From Promethearchaeota archaeon (GTDB taxonomy: Archaea; Asgardarchaeota; Lokiarchaeia; Sigyniarchaeales; SOKP01): a stretch of 64,000 nt of DNA. Positions 49,906-59,579 of the stretch are shown one piece after another (within the stretch, counting starts at the first letter, position 1; every line of letters begins with the position of its first letter). The stretch spans positions 32,001 to 96,000 of the forward strand of contig JAHLWP010000007.1 in the NCBI GenBank assembly GCA_019057865.1, written 5' to 3'. Both the position numbers and the translations under genes were made by a program. Below the pieces are notes generated by a model. That model was not told the origin of the DNA, made no database searches, and saw only the letters and a list, made by a program, of their open reading frames with translations.

Positions 49906-52155
49906 TTGGTCAGGAATTTAACCATAAATGAATATGTAGATCTTGATCTACAAATTATAAATAAAAAAGTAAAGCAGTTTGAAAGAATTTTAATTAAAAA
50001 TGAGATTCACATCGATAAAAGATTTATTAAATGGATTAAAGACTTTAAAAAGATATATGGGAGTAGATACGCAAATTTACAGTTATATATTGTTTTATCT
50101 TTACTTTATTTATTAAGCCTTGAATTTATTCATAATTATATTCTAAAAAATGAAACCCCTTTATTTAAACAAAAAAATCCCATAAAAAAATATAAAAGAA
50201 TAATAGGACAAGTAGAAGCCATTTATAGAAATATTGAAATTTTTGAATTTGATTATTTTGAACCAATCTTATCATTCTCTGTAAGAGAAGATGCTATTAT
50301 TTTGCGGGAACTCATTGAAATATTGTCCAATCACGTGTTAAATTTAAAAATTGACCCTGAATACTTATTTGATTATCTGATACAAAAAATAATATCTCCT
50401 ATTATAAGACATAAAATTGGTGAATATTATACTCCTCCTTTTTTAGTTAAAATAATGGTCCATGAAGTTTATTCATTTGGAGATACAGTCCTCGATCCTT
50501 GTTGTGGGTCTGGGAATTTTTTAGTTGAAATCTTAAGATATATAAATTCACAAGATAGGAGTAATGAAGAGAAAATAAGCGCAATCAATCGAATATATGG
50601 GTATGACATCAATCCTATCTCAATCTATTTTTCAAAAATTAACTTTTTATATATTTTAAGGGAAAAAGGTCCTTTAATTAAATTCCATTTATATGTTCTT
50701 GATTTTTTATCCCAAAAAGGGAGTAAGTTGGATACAAAATTTGACTTAGTAATAGGAAATCCTCCATGGTATACATATAGAGACATAGAATCAGTATATT
50801 ATCAAAAGCAAATTAAATCTTTAGCAGAAAATTTAGAAATAAAACCACTTCCTAAAAATGTTTTAAATTTAGAAGTCTCTACTCTCTTTTTTTATAAAGC
50901 AAATAAGGTTTTTATGAAAAAAAATGCGAAAATATTTTTTGTAATTACTAAAGGAGTAATCACAGGTTCCCATGCTTCTCAATTTCGTAATTTCAAAGGT
51001 TTTTATAATTTAAAGATTTGGACTTTTGATAAAAAGATTGAAAATGTTTTTAACATTGATTTTATTTGTTTGTTTGCTCAAAAATCTGAAATTGAATTTG
51101 AATATTATGATAAAGAGATTCCTTCTTTACATTTTAAGATTAATGATAAAGCCAATGATATAAATTATTTTTCTCATATAGAATTAAAACAGGAAAAAAT
51201 TAATTATTTAATACCCTATTGCGTTGAAATAAAAGGTGAAAAAAGATATCCAAAAAAATTTATTCTAAAAGAAAGATATGAAGAATTATTCTGTATTAGA
51301 CCTAGCTATTATAAAAAACAATTTCACAAGGGTGCTGATTTAAACCCAAGAAATTTAATATTCATTAAATATAAAAAAGTAGATGATAAATTAGTAAGAA
51401 TTAATCCTGATGAGAGAATTTTTAAAAGAGCCAAATTCCCTTGGAATAAAAATGAATTTAAAGATGAACTTGTTGAAAAAGAATATCTTTTTAAAGTAAT
51501 TAAAAGTACAGAATTGGTAAAATTTTTTGTCTGTAATTATTATTATGTTTTTCTACCACTCTCAAAAAAAGATTTTAGTTTTAATTATTCAAGTTTATCT
51601 AAAAATGCTAAATGCTTTTATGATAAAATTAATGAAATTTATTTGAATTATAAGAAGGAAACTACAAAAAACAATTCTTTAATGGATAACTTAAATAGAT
51701 GGTCAAAATTGATTAATAATAGACAACTCTCAGAGATTAAAGTGATCTACAACAATTCAGGTTCAGTATTGAATTCTGCAGTTGTACAAGGGAATTTCAT
51801 AATAACAGGAGATTTGAGTTTTTATGCTACTCAAAATCTTGATGAGTCATATTATTTATCAACCATATTAAATTCTACGATAATGACAAATCAAGTTCAA
51901 ATAATGAAAAGTTCAAGACATATTTTTAAAATTCCCTTTGATATCCCTATTAAAACATTCAATCCAAATAACCAGAATCATCAAAAGTTAGTTAAATTAG
52001 GAAAAAGAGGAGAAGATATAGCAAAAAATACAGTCGATAAATTCCTCAAAAATAATAATTTTTCCAAAATAAAAATTCAAAATGTATTGTATGCAGAGTT
52101 AGGTAATATTTTAACTCAAATTGATGAAATTTTAAAGAATGAATTTGAAGAATAA
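49906..52155 (+). CDS. N6-adenine DNA methyltransferase (gamma class) with C-terminal target-recognition region; no nuclease domain evident
   Basis: GEYYTP, LDPCCGSGNF, GYDINP and VIGNPPW motifs. Confidence 0.88.
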   Translation: MVRNLTINEYVDLDLQIINKKVKQFERILIKNEIHIDKRFIKWIKDFKKIYGSRYANLQLYIVLSLLYLLSLEFIHNYILKNETPLFKQKNPIKKYKRIIGQVEAIYRNIEIFEFDYFEPILSFSVREDAIILRELIEILSNHVLNLKIDPEYLFDYLIQKIISPIIRHKIGEYYTPPFLVKIMVHEVYSFGDTVLDPCCGSGNFLVEILRYINSQDRSNEEKISAINRIYGYDINPISIYFSKINFLYILREKGPLIKFHLYVLDFLSQKGSKLDTKFDLVIGNPPWYTYRDIESVYYQKQIKSLAENLEIKPLPKNVLNLEVSTLFFYKANKVFMKKNAKIFFVITKGVITGSHASQFRNFKGFYNLKIWTFDKKIENVFNIDFICLFAQKSEIEFEYYDKEIPSLHFKINDKANDINYFSHIELKQEKINYLIPYCVEIKGEKRYPKKFILKERYEELFCIRPSYYKKQFHKGADLNPRNLIFIKYKKVDDKLVRINPDERIFKRAKFPWNKNEFKDELVEKEYLFKVIKSTELVKFFVCNYYYVFLPLSKKDFSFNYSSLSKNAKCFYDKINEIYLNYKKETTKNNSLMDNLNRWSKLINNRQLSEIKVIYNNSGSVLNSAVVQGNFIITGDLSFYATQNLDESYYLSTILNSTIMTNQVQIMKSSRHIFKIPFDIPIKTFNPNNQNHQKLVKLGKRGEDIAKNTVDKFLKNNNFSKIKIQNVLYAELGNILTQIDEILKNEFEE

Positions 52156-52248
52156 GAATTTTTTAAGATTAAAATAAATAGGTGTATTTATTTCTATCAC
52201 TTAATTATACCACAGTATAAAATTATAGGATTTCTTTGGTAAATTCTA

Positions 52249-52767
52249 ATGCGGTCATTTGTTTTTAAGGTCTTAATCGCGGGGAATGGCGGAGTGGGTA
52301 AAACCTCATTGCTACGTAGATATGTAGATGGATTCTTTGATGATTCTACTATTGAAACGGTAGGTGTGGATTTCTTCATTAAAGAAATCGAATTTAACAA
52401 TACTTATTGCATGTTGCAATTGTGGGATTTAGGGGGTCAAGAAAGATTTAGACATTTAATAGAAAATTATGTAATGGGTGCTAGGGGAGCCCTCCTTTTA
52501 TTTGATATAACAAGGATGCCAAAAATCGAAAGTATTTTACAATGGGTGAATATTATAAGAATACATGATTTGAATTTACCTATAATACTTGTTGGAACTA
52601 AACTTGACCTCGAGGATGCTATTGCTGTCGATGATGAAAGTGCAAATCATATAAAAAATGCCTTTAATATGATTAAATATGTCAAAACCTCTGCTAAAAC
52701 TGGTGATGGTGTTGAAGAACCATTTGAAATATTAGCAAAAACCATAAAGAAAGGAATTAAATACTGA
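52249..52767 (+). CDS. Rab-like small GTPase
   Basis: G1 GNGGVGKTS, G2 TVGVDF, G3 WDLGGQERF, G4 TKLD, G5 TSAK. No C-terminal prenylation cysteine. Confidence 0.92.
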   Translation: MRSFVFKVLIAGNGGVGKTSLLRRYVDGFFDDSTIETVGVDFFIKEIEFNNTYCMLQLWDLGGQERFRHLIENYVMGARGALLLFDITRMPKIESILQWVNIIRIHDLNLPIILVGTKLDLEDAIAVDDESANHIKNAFNMIKYVKTSAKTGDGVEEPFEILAKTIKKGIKY

Positions 52768-52917
52768 AATTTTTACTCATACATGTTCCATGCTTAAAAT
52801 ATTTATCTCAACTAAATGTTGTTAAAATGAAAATTCCTTTTATCGAATTATAGAGAAAAAATTATTTGTTTTGTATTATTTAATTTAATAATTATAAAGA
52901 TAGTAAACTTTGACAAG

Positions 52918-53727
52918 ATGCAACAAGATCAACTTATAATTTTAGGGTCTGGTGGCGGGAGGCATCATATAAGGACTCAACATCGAGCAACTGGAGGCAT
53001 TCTTTATAAATTTAATGGGATTCAATCTCATATAGACCCTGGACCAGGAGCAATTGTGCGAATCAATCAATATAAAGAAGATCCCCTTAAAACAGAATTA
53101 TTTATTGTGACCCATGCTCATGTTGATCATTTTAATGATTTAAGCGCTTTAATTGAGAGTTCTAGGGAAATATTGCATGATAAAAATTATAATTATTTCA
53201 AAAAAGGGATCTTAATTACTACAAATGAAGTGCTTAAGCTAATGTCTAATTATCACCTAAATATGCTTGAAAAGATAATCTCTTTTAAAGCTGGAAGCAA
53301 ATATAATTACAAAGATATTGAAATTAGGGGGACTAAAGTCGTTCATTCCCCCAATAACGAAGGATTTGGTGTAATTTTTAAACTAAAAAATTATTCATTA
53401 GCATTTGCAAGTGATACTATGGTATATGACAGTTTTTCTGAACAATATTCGCGAGTAAATATTCTAATTCTTAACTTATTAAGACCAAATTCCGTTACTT
53501 GTAAGAGGCACTTATGTACTGATGAAGTAATCCCATATTTAAATAAAATTGTCCCTCCTCTTAATGGATTAGTTATAACTCATTTTGGTTCTTATATGGA
53601 TGGACCAAGATCTCCTAAAAATTTTGTTCCAAGTCAAGTCAAAAAGCTAAAAGAGAAAACTACCATTAAAAATATTATCGCTGCTGAGGATGGATTAAAA
53701 ATCAAAATTGCTTCTCTATTAGAATAA
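52918..53727 (+). CDS. Metallo-beta-lactamase fold hydrolase
   Basis: LGSGGG, IDPGPG, THAHVDH, SDT and THFG motifs. Confidence 0.9.
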   Translation: MQQDQLIILGSGGGRHHIRTQHRATGGILYKFNGIQSHIDPGPGAIVRINQYKEDPLKTELFIVTHAHVDHFNDLSALIESSREILHDKNYNYFKKGILITTNEVLKLMSNYHLNMLEKIISFKAGSKYNYKDIEIRGTKVVHSPNNEGFGVIFKLKNYSLAFASDTMVYDSFSEQYSRVNILILNLLRPNSVTCKRHLCTDEVIPYLNKIVPPLNGLVITHFGSYMDGPRSPKNFVPSQVKKLKEKTTIKNIIAAEDGLKIKIASLLE

Positions 53728-54088
53728 AATTAAATCCTCCTTCTTTAGGTAAAACTAATAATTCTAAACTTAGTATGTTCTCGATATTGAAACATAAATA
53801 ATTAATAATCACATTATTTTTATAAGAGGATATACCTATATATTCTAGGAAGGGAAATAAAAAACAAGATAATTTGAGCTAACATTGGATTTCGCCCTCT
53901 ATTAAACTCTTTGATGAGTTTAATTCTCTCCCTGATTTTTTTCTAATTGCTCGAATTTCTTCTTCCCTTCACTTCTTTATATTTTTATTAAAAATAAGAT
54001 CGAAATAAATTTAACAGTGAATTTTTATAATTGGGTTATTTTCAAAAAGGATCAAATTAATATATAAAAAGAGCAGGAAATTAAAGAT

Positions 54089-54247
54089 TTATTCTAAAGG
54101 AATCCAATACCTACACACAATACATTGGAGTACCGTCTCAAATTTTTTCTCTTCAGAATTGTTATTGGCAATTTTTCTTGTTATCATTATATTACCGCAC
54201 TTTTTACAAATATATAATTCTTTTGCTTTTATTTTTTGTGCGGTCAT
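54089..54247 (-). CDS. 52-aa zinc-ribbon microprotein (not in the ORF track)
   Basis: MTAQKIKAKELYICKKCGNIMITRKIANNNSEEKKFETVLQCIVCRYWIPLE, with two CxxC knuckles. Confidence 0.75.
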   Translation of the reverse strand: MTAQKIKAKELYICKKCGNIMITRKIANNNSEEKKFETVLQCIVCRYWIPLE

Positions 54248-54481
54248 GCTCTATTTCACGAAAGTTACATTATTATGTTACCATAAATTTTAATCTAAAT
54301 ATTATAAAGGAGAATATTTCTTAATACCAACCCTTTACTTATAATATAGTAAAAATCTATTTATTTAAATTTATTCAAATGGTCTTCTAAGCAAAAATTT
54401 GTCGGATTTTAACATAAAGTTCAATAAATTCAATAATTTAACGAGGTTTTAGGAAGGAAAAGTAGCTTCAAAAATATCAAA

Positions 54482-55393
54482 TTATCTAATTTTTTTATTC
54501 TCTTCCGTTTTTAGAACTGTTATAAGGATTGCTACAAAAACTAAACCACATCCAAGCCAACCTAATATAGTCATTGTTTCATTTCCAATTATAAATGAAG
54601 CAAAAAGAACGGCAAAAACGGGTTCAAGAGTAAAAATTATAGCTGTTTTAGCAGGACCTTGATGTTGTTGCCCCCAATTCTGAAAAATGAATGTTCCTGT
54701 AGTAACAACTATGCCCATATAAATAATTACCACCCAATAGCCTAACTCAATTGATGAGAAGCTATATGATTCATTTATTAAAAAAGAACTTCCAAAACAG
54801 AATAAACTAATAATCAATAATTGAACAATAGAATATAAGTATATATCTATAAGATTTACAAATTTATCGTTCAAAATTATAAATATTGCATATAAAACAG
54901 CACATACTAACACTAAAATGTCACCAATAATTATACCTGCCTCACCTTCCAATAAAAGAAATGCCATACCAATTATGGATACAAAAACTGCAATCCATAT
55001 CCTTTTATTTAGTGATCGCTTGAATCCAAGCCATGCTATAAATGGAACCATTATTGTACTCAACCCTGTAATAAATGCTGCTTTTCCCGCTGTTGTTGTT
55101 TGGAGTCCTATTGTTTGAAATACAATTGCAAGAAAATAAATTAATCCAGTTATACTTCCCCATAATAAAATCCTTTTATTGACTTGTTTTATTTTGATAA
55201 AATATGGGAATAATCCAATAATCGCAATTAAAAATCTCAAACCCAGATAAAGAAAAATAGGAACTTCTTGGGTAAGTATCTTAGTTATTATAAAAGAAGT
55301 ACCCCATAGCAGTGTAGTTAGGATTAGTAATATTGTTGCAATTATCTTAAGTCTATTTGAAGTGAAAGAGCTATCTCGAATGACCATATCCAT
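54482..55393 (-). CDS. DMT/EamA family transporter
   Basis: LLWGTSF, LRF, TTAGKAAFI, GD and LEPVFA motifs; about 10 TM helices. Confidence 0.92.
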   Translation of the reverse strand: MDMVIRDSSFTSNRLKIIATILLILTTLLWGTSFIITKILTQEVPIFLYLGLRFLIAIIGLFPYFIKIKQVNKRILLWGSITGLIYFLAIVFQTIGLQTTTAGKAAFITGLSTIMVPFIAWLGFKRSLNKRIWIAVFVSIIGMAFLLLEGEAGIIIGDILVLVCAVLYAIFIILNDKFVNLIDIYLYSIVQLLIISLFCFGSSFLINESYSFSSIELGYWVVIIYMGIVVTTGTFIFQNWGQQHQGPAKTAIIFTLEPVFAVLFASFIIGNETMTILGWLGCGLVFVAILITVLKTEENKKIR

Positions 55394-55892
55394 CTGTTTG
55401 ATAATTTATTAATTACAGAAATATGTAAAAAATAAAAACTATTCTTATTTTATTATGGAGATCTAATAACTATAAAAACTTACACAATAGAAGTATTTAG
55501 GACCAATACTTAAAGAATTTTAAATCCTTATTTTCATCTCTTAAAATAAATATGTTTATTCTTTTTTTTTTTCAATTAAAATGAATTAAAAGAATAAGGG
55601 ATTAATTTCTACTATTAATGCTTTAATAATTGACTGTATTTGAAATGATAATAAATCTATTAAAAAAATATATGATGAATTACTAAAATATATCGAATTA
55701 TAACTTAATAGCCTAGATGATTTCTAGATTTCGAATAGATGAATTGAATTACTCTTTTATAAAAAAAATTTTTCTTTAATTAAAAGATCTTTAAAATTAA
55801 AAAAATTTAAATATTTTGGGATTGAAATTGATATTAACACCAATGTTTTAAAAAAAATTATTTAAAAAATATTTAATGAGAGTTGAAAAAAT

Positions 55893-56363
55893 TTGGTAGA
55901 TTTTAAAAAAGATACTTGGTTATATGGCTTAATCGCTGCAATTTTAGCAATTATTGGGATCTTAGTTCCTGCAGGTGGCCTTGAGGTGGGTGGCGATACC
56001 ATATGGATATGGTTTGGCGATATAGTCGCTTATAATGCTGATGCTGATCCCACTTGGTTTGATCTGGGATATTTTGGTGGTAATACAGCAGGATTATGGA
56101 CTTTAGTACTTGCTGCAATGTTTGGTGCCTTATTTTTATGGTACGGCATTCATGGTATGAAAGGGATGGAATTCAAATGGGACTGGTTAGTTTACTTATT
56201 AGGTGGAATTGTTTGTGTCATCTTCCCAATCCTTTTCTGGGCTTTTGCTGCTGAAGCACCACTTGGAGCAGAAATAGTATTTGGTCCCGGTCCACTTTTA
56301 ATACTTTTTGCTGGAGCAGTAGCAATTGTAGCATTTGTGATGGACAAATTCATGGGCGAATAA
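55893..56363 (+). CDS. Four-TM membrane protein
   Basis: Four hydrophobic segments; Gly/Ala/Trp-rich; T-rich tract downstream. Confidence 0.8.
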   Translation: MVDFKKDTWLYGLIAAILAIIGILVPAGGLEVGGDTIWIWFGDIVAYNADADPTWFDLGYFGGNTAGLWTLVLAAMFGALFLWYGIHGMKGMEFKWDWLVYLLGGIVCVIFPILFWAFAAEAPLGAEIVFGPGPLLILFAGAVAIVAFVMDKFMGE

Positions 56364-56622
56364 ACCCAAGAAAAAAACAATAATTTCTAAAAATTCTCTT
56401 TTTTTTTTAATTTTTCACTTAATACTTATAATTTAAAATTCAATTTCCTCTCCCTGCTCTATAATCTCTCTCTAACCAGTATCTTTTGACAAGCTATATA
56501 TACCTTATTTATGTATTAAATGCATATTTTCTCTATAAAATATTTATAATAAAGATTTATTATTGTAAATTAATCCCTTAATTAACTAGATATAACTTTA
56601 TTAGATAAAATAAGGTGATCAT

Positions 56623-56989
56623 TTGATTAAAACATATATTGAGATTAATGAAAGAATTAAAAGTGGCAATGTTATAGTAGTAAATGCGGAAGAAATGATA
56701 AAAATTGTGGAAGATAGCGGTATAAAGATCGCTGCAGAGGAAATAGATGTAGTTACAACAGGTACTTTTGGGTCTATGTGCTCAAGTGGTGCATTCTGAC
56801 CCCCCAATAAAATTTGATGTCATCATCGATGATGATAAATGTATTGATTGCGGTGCATGTATATCATTATGTCCGACAGACGCCTTACATTTCAATAGTG
56901 ATGATAGATTAGAATTTTCTTATGAAAAATGTATTGGTTGTTTATTATGTTTAGACTCATGTCCAAGGTATGCAATTGAAGAAATGTAA
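56623..56989 (+). pseudogene. Frameshifted fusion of the N-terminus of L-aspartate semialdehyde sulfurtransferase (MA1821/MJ0100, DUF39) to a 2x[4Fe-4S] ferredoxin (MA1822/MJ0099-like)
   Basis: TTG at 56623 after AGGTGA gives [37 protein letters not shown], then TGA at 56797-56799. The +1 frame continues HSDPPIKF and then CIDCGACISLCP..CIGCLLCLDSCP. Confidence 0.75.
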
Positions 56990-57025
56990 AGAGATATACT
57001 TTAAAATTTTTTTAGGGTTTAATTA

Positions 57026-58039
57026 TTATTGTTGAGTTATTATTTCAAAAATCTCATCTAATCTAGGTGTTTTTCTTCTTAAAGTAATACAGCGGTCTTC
57101 TTCACACCCTCTCAATATCGCAATTAATTCATTAAGATGAATTGTAGGAATATCTAATTTTTCTCCGTACCATTTCTTCATTTTTTCTCTATACTCTGGT
57201 TTACTTAAAGTGTATAAACATGTTGGGCAAGGCATTAATATAAAATCAGCATTAACATTCTCAGCACTTTTTAATTTTTTGAGGGTTACCTTTAAAGCTT
57301 CTTTAGGATGTATTACTAATTGACTAGCACCCCAACCACAACAACTTTCTTTTTCTTGATAATCTACAGGATTTCCACCAAAAAGAGTAATTAGTTCATC
57401 TAATTTTGTTTTATCTTTTAAATAATTTTCAGCAGTTCTTTTATCTCTGCTTAAATTTAAATAGTGACATCCATAATGAACAGCAACTTTAAGATTTTTT
57501 AAATCAAATTTTAATGAATTAAGAACTTCATTTCTAATTAAATATAAAAAATCCAAATCGTGAACTAGTCTTAGGTTTGGATTTTTTAAAACTTCATACT
57601 TACCTGGATAATTCTCAGTGTTATTTTTTTCTTTTAACTGATTTAAAATTTCCTGTGTTTTTTTTCTTACTTCATGATTATTTAAAAATTCTCGTCCTCT
57701 TAAGAGACTATTATAACATCCATTACAACTAAATAGAACTATATCTGCTAATTGGTTCATTTCATTTAGATTTCTTTCATTTATTGCAGCAAATTGAGCT
57801 CTTGTTATTAGATTTCTTTGAAAGAAAGTACCACTACAACAAGATTGATTAATACAAGTCTCTACTTTTAATTGAAGTTCTTCTAATAAATCATGAATCC
57901 CCCATCTTACACCGGGAAAATATTTTTCTAGACAAGCTTTAAATAAGCATAATTTCTTATCTCTGAAAAATTCTATAACATTATTGGGAAATTTTTTTTC
58001 TATTTCATCTAAATTTAAAGCTAAATTGCTAAATTCCAT
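57026..58039 (-). CDS. hdrB: Heterodisulfide reductase subunit B-like protein (two CCG domains)
   Basis: SCCSG..CNGC, VHYGCHY and CCGWG..CPTC motifs. Confidence 0.85.
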   Translation of the reverse strand: MEFSNLALNLDEIEKKFPNNVIEFFRDKKLCLFKACLEKYFPGVRWGIHDLLEELQLKVETCINQSCCSGTFFQRNLITRAQFAAINERNLNEMNQLADIVLFSCNGCYNSLLRGREFLNNHEVRKKTQEILNQLKEKNNTENYPGKYEVLKNPNLRLVHDLDFLYLIRNEVLNSLKFDLKNLKVAVHYGCHYLNLSRDKRTAENYLKDKTKLDELITLFGGNPVDYQEKESCCGWGASQLVIHPKEALKVTLKKLKSAENVNADFILMPCPTCLYTLSKPEYREKMKKWYGEKLDIPTIHLNELIAILRGCEEDRCITLRRKTPRLDEIFEIITQQ

Positions 58040-58054
58040 CTTAATTTTCCTATA

Positions 58055-58576
58055 CTACTTTTTCTTCTTACCTTTACTTTTATTTGATCTACTTGCTTTA
58101 AACACGTATTTTATGCGCGCAAAATTACATATAGTATTTAATTCCTCAATTCTTTCTTGTGATAATTTCTCGCCTAAAGGTTCTTCAACAACTATACCAC
58201 TTGTTAGAAATCTTTCAGCCATTTCTACATATTTTCTTAAATCATTATATTGAGGACCATATCCCTTTTTGAAACTCTCATTCCTAAGATTGATAATTAA
58301 TAACGGAATATTGATGTTATCTTTTGGGCATACACGGGTACATCTTTCACATAAATAGCAATACCAAATATCAGAATCCTTTAATACACTTTTGTCTCCT
58401 CGAAGAACTTTATTAATTATCTTTCTTATATTAAAATTTGAAACTTTTGATGCAGGACAATCTCCAACACATTTTCCACAAGATATACATTGAATTATAT
58501 TTTTATTTTCATCTACATCATCTACAAGTTCTTCATAAAAGTCCCAATTCCAGTCTGAATCAGAATATTCGTCCAT
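58055..58576 (-). CDS. hdrC: Heterodisulfide reductase subunit C-like protein
   Basis: CISCGKCVGDCP and WYCYLCERCTRVCP; directly upstream of hdrB. Confidence 0.88.
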   Translation of the reverse strand: MDEYSDSDWNWDFYEELVDDVDENKNIIQCISCGKCVGDCPASKVSNFNIRKIINKVLRGDKSVLKDSDIWYCYLCERCTRVCPKDNINIPLLIINLRNESFKKGYGPQYNDLRKYVEMAERFLTSGIVVEEPLGEKLSQERIEELNTICNFARIKYVFKASRSNKSKGKKKK

Positions 58577-58737
58577 TATTTTACATTTTAATGATTTAAT
58601 ATTTTGTAATATCTCTTTCTATGAGAGATTCATAATTCATTGTAAAAAAATGTAAGGTTTTTTGTTCATAAAACAAGACTAATAATCCCGAAGAGGAAAA
58701 AATTCAAATTTAATAATAAAAAAAAAAAATAAATAGT

Positions 58738-59496
58738 TTATTCACTTTTTAAAAAGATTTCTTTCATCCATCTTGGTAAAAGAAAACCTCCATAAAATTC
58801 AATCGCACTTGTTATTAACAGTAACCGAACAATAACGACCAATATCGATAGAAGTGGGTCAGCAGGATCTTCAAAAACTGCTCCAAGGGAAGAATCTAAA
58901 ACTGCAGCGACTGTAAAAGTAATGAAAGCAGCACGGAGTAGTTTACCTTTCAATCGTACTTCCCGATCATCGGACTTAACCGATTTTTGAGCGAAAATAA
59001 CTCCAGTAATTAACATTATTAGGATAATAAGTATTAGATAGATTGTTATAAAAATGCCAAAATCTACTGTGAAGGGTCGTGTAGGATTAATTATTCCTAT
59101 TAAATCAATATCTATGAAAAACATAATGAAAAATGTTACTTCAAATATTAACGAAAAAATATAAGTTAAAAGTACTGCTATTAATTGAATCCTTTTATTG
59201 ATCATATCTGTATATGCCACCATCCAGCATAAAAGTGCTATTGGAATAAATACATTACCAATAATGAAGTACCATCTTACTGGTAAGGACTCCCCAACAA
59301 TTAAATTCATTAAGAAGCTAATAGAGTCAGGCCACCAAGGTAAAGAAACTCCTACCCAAGATAAACCCACTAAAAAATATAACCGAGATTTATATTTAGG
59401 GTATTTTGATAAAATTGCAAATCCTAATATCAATGAAATGATAACAAAGATTAAACTAAAACTACCTTGTAAAATATCTACTGGTTCGAGGGTCAA
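58738..59496 (-). CDS. Approximately seven-TM membrane protein
   Basis: About seven hydrophobic segments and no soluble domain. TTG start after GGTGA. Confidence 0.75.
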   Translation of the reverse strand: MTLEPVDILQGSFSLIFVIISLILGFAILSKYPKYKSRLYFLVGLSWVGVSLPWWPDSISFLMNLIVGESLPVRWYFIIGNVFIPIALLCWMVAYTDMINKRIQLIAVLLTYIFSLIFEVTFFIMFFIDIDLIGIINPTRPFTVDFGIFITIYLILIILIMLITGVIFAQKSVKSDDREVRLKGKLLRAAFITFTVAAVLDSSLGAVFEDPADPLLSILVVIVRLLLITSAIEFYGGFLLPRWMKEIFLKSE

Positions 59497-59579
59497 TAAA
59501 TTTCACCAAATTTTTAAAAAATTGCATATAAATTTATTGAATTAAAATTAACTTTTTAGCATAAATAGTTTTGCCTAAA

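Noticed and set aside
13389-52767. Selenocysteine readthrough at other TGA stops (13391, 22498, 29017, 31142, 52767)
   Set aside because: The recognisable proteins look complete, the downstream frames checked close within a short distance, and no SECIS-like element was recognised.
49906-53727. Methyltransferase + GTPase + MBL hydrolase as a defence operon
   Set aside because: Separated by gaps of about 90 and 150 nt, and each belongs to a common stand-alone family. Nothing beyond shared orientation links them.
53860-53990. Minus-strand coding-like remnant (REEEIRAIRKKSGRELNSSK...)
   Set aside because: Bounded by stops, with no start codon or recognisable family.
55394-55892. 500-nt AT-rich gap as a possible ncRNA or origin
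   Set aside because: It is a divergent promoter region of low complexity, with no convincing stem, repeat or complete C/D box pair.
56797-56799. TGA as selenocysteine in the DUF39 fragment
   Set aside because: It is not at a cysteine position, another in-frame TGA follows six codons later, and homology continues in the +1 frame.
8912-58057. Genome-wide TAG recoding (pyrrolysine code)
   Set aside because: TAG terminates several apparently complete genes (8912, 34264, 44685, 46661, 58055).
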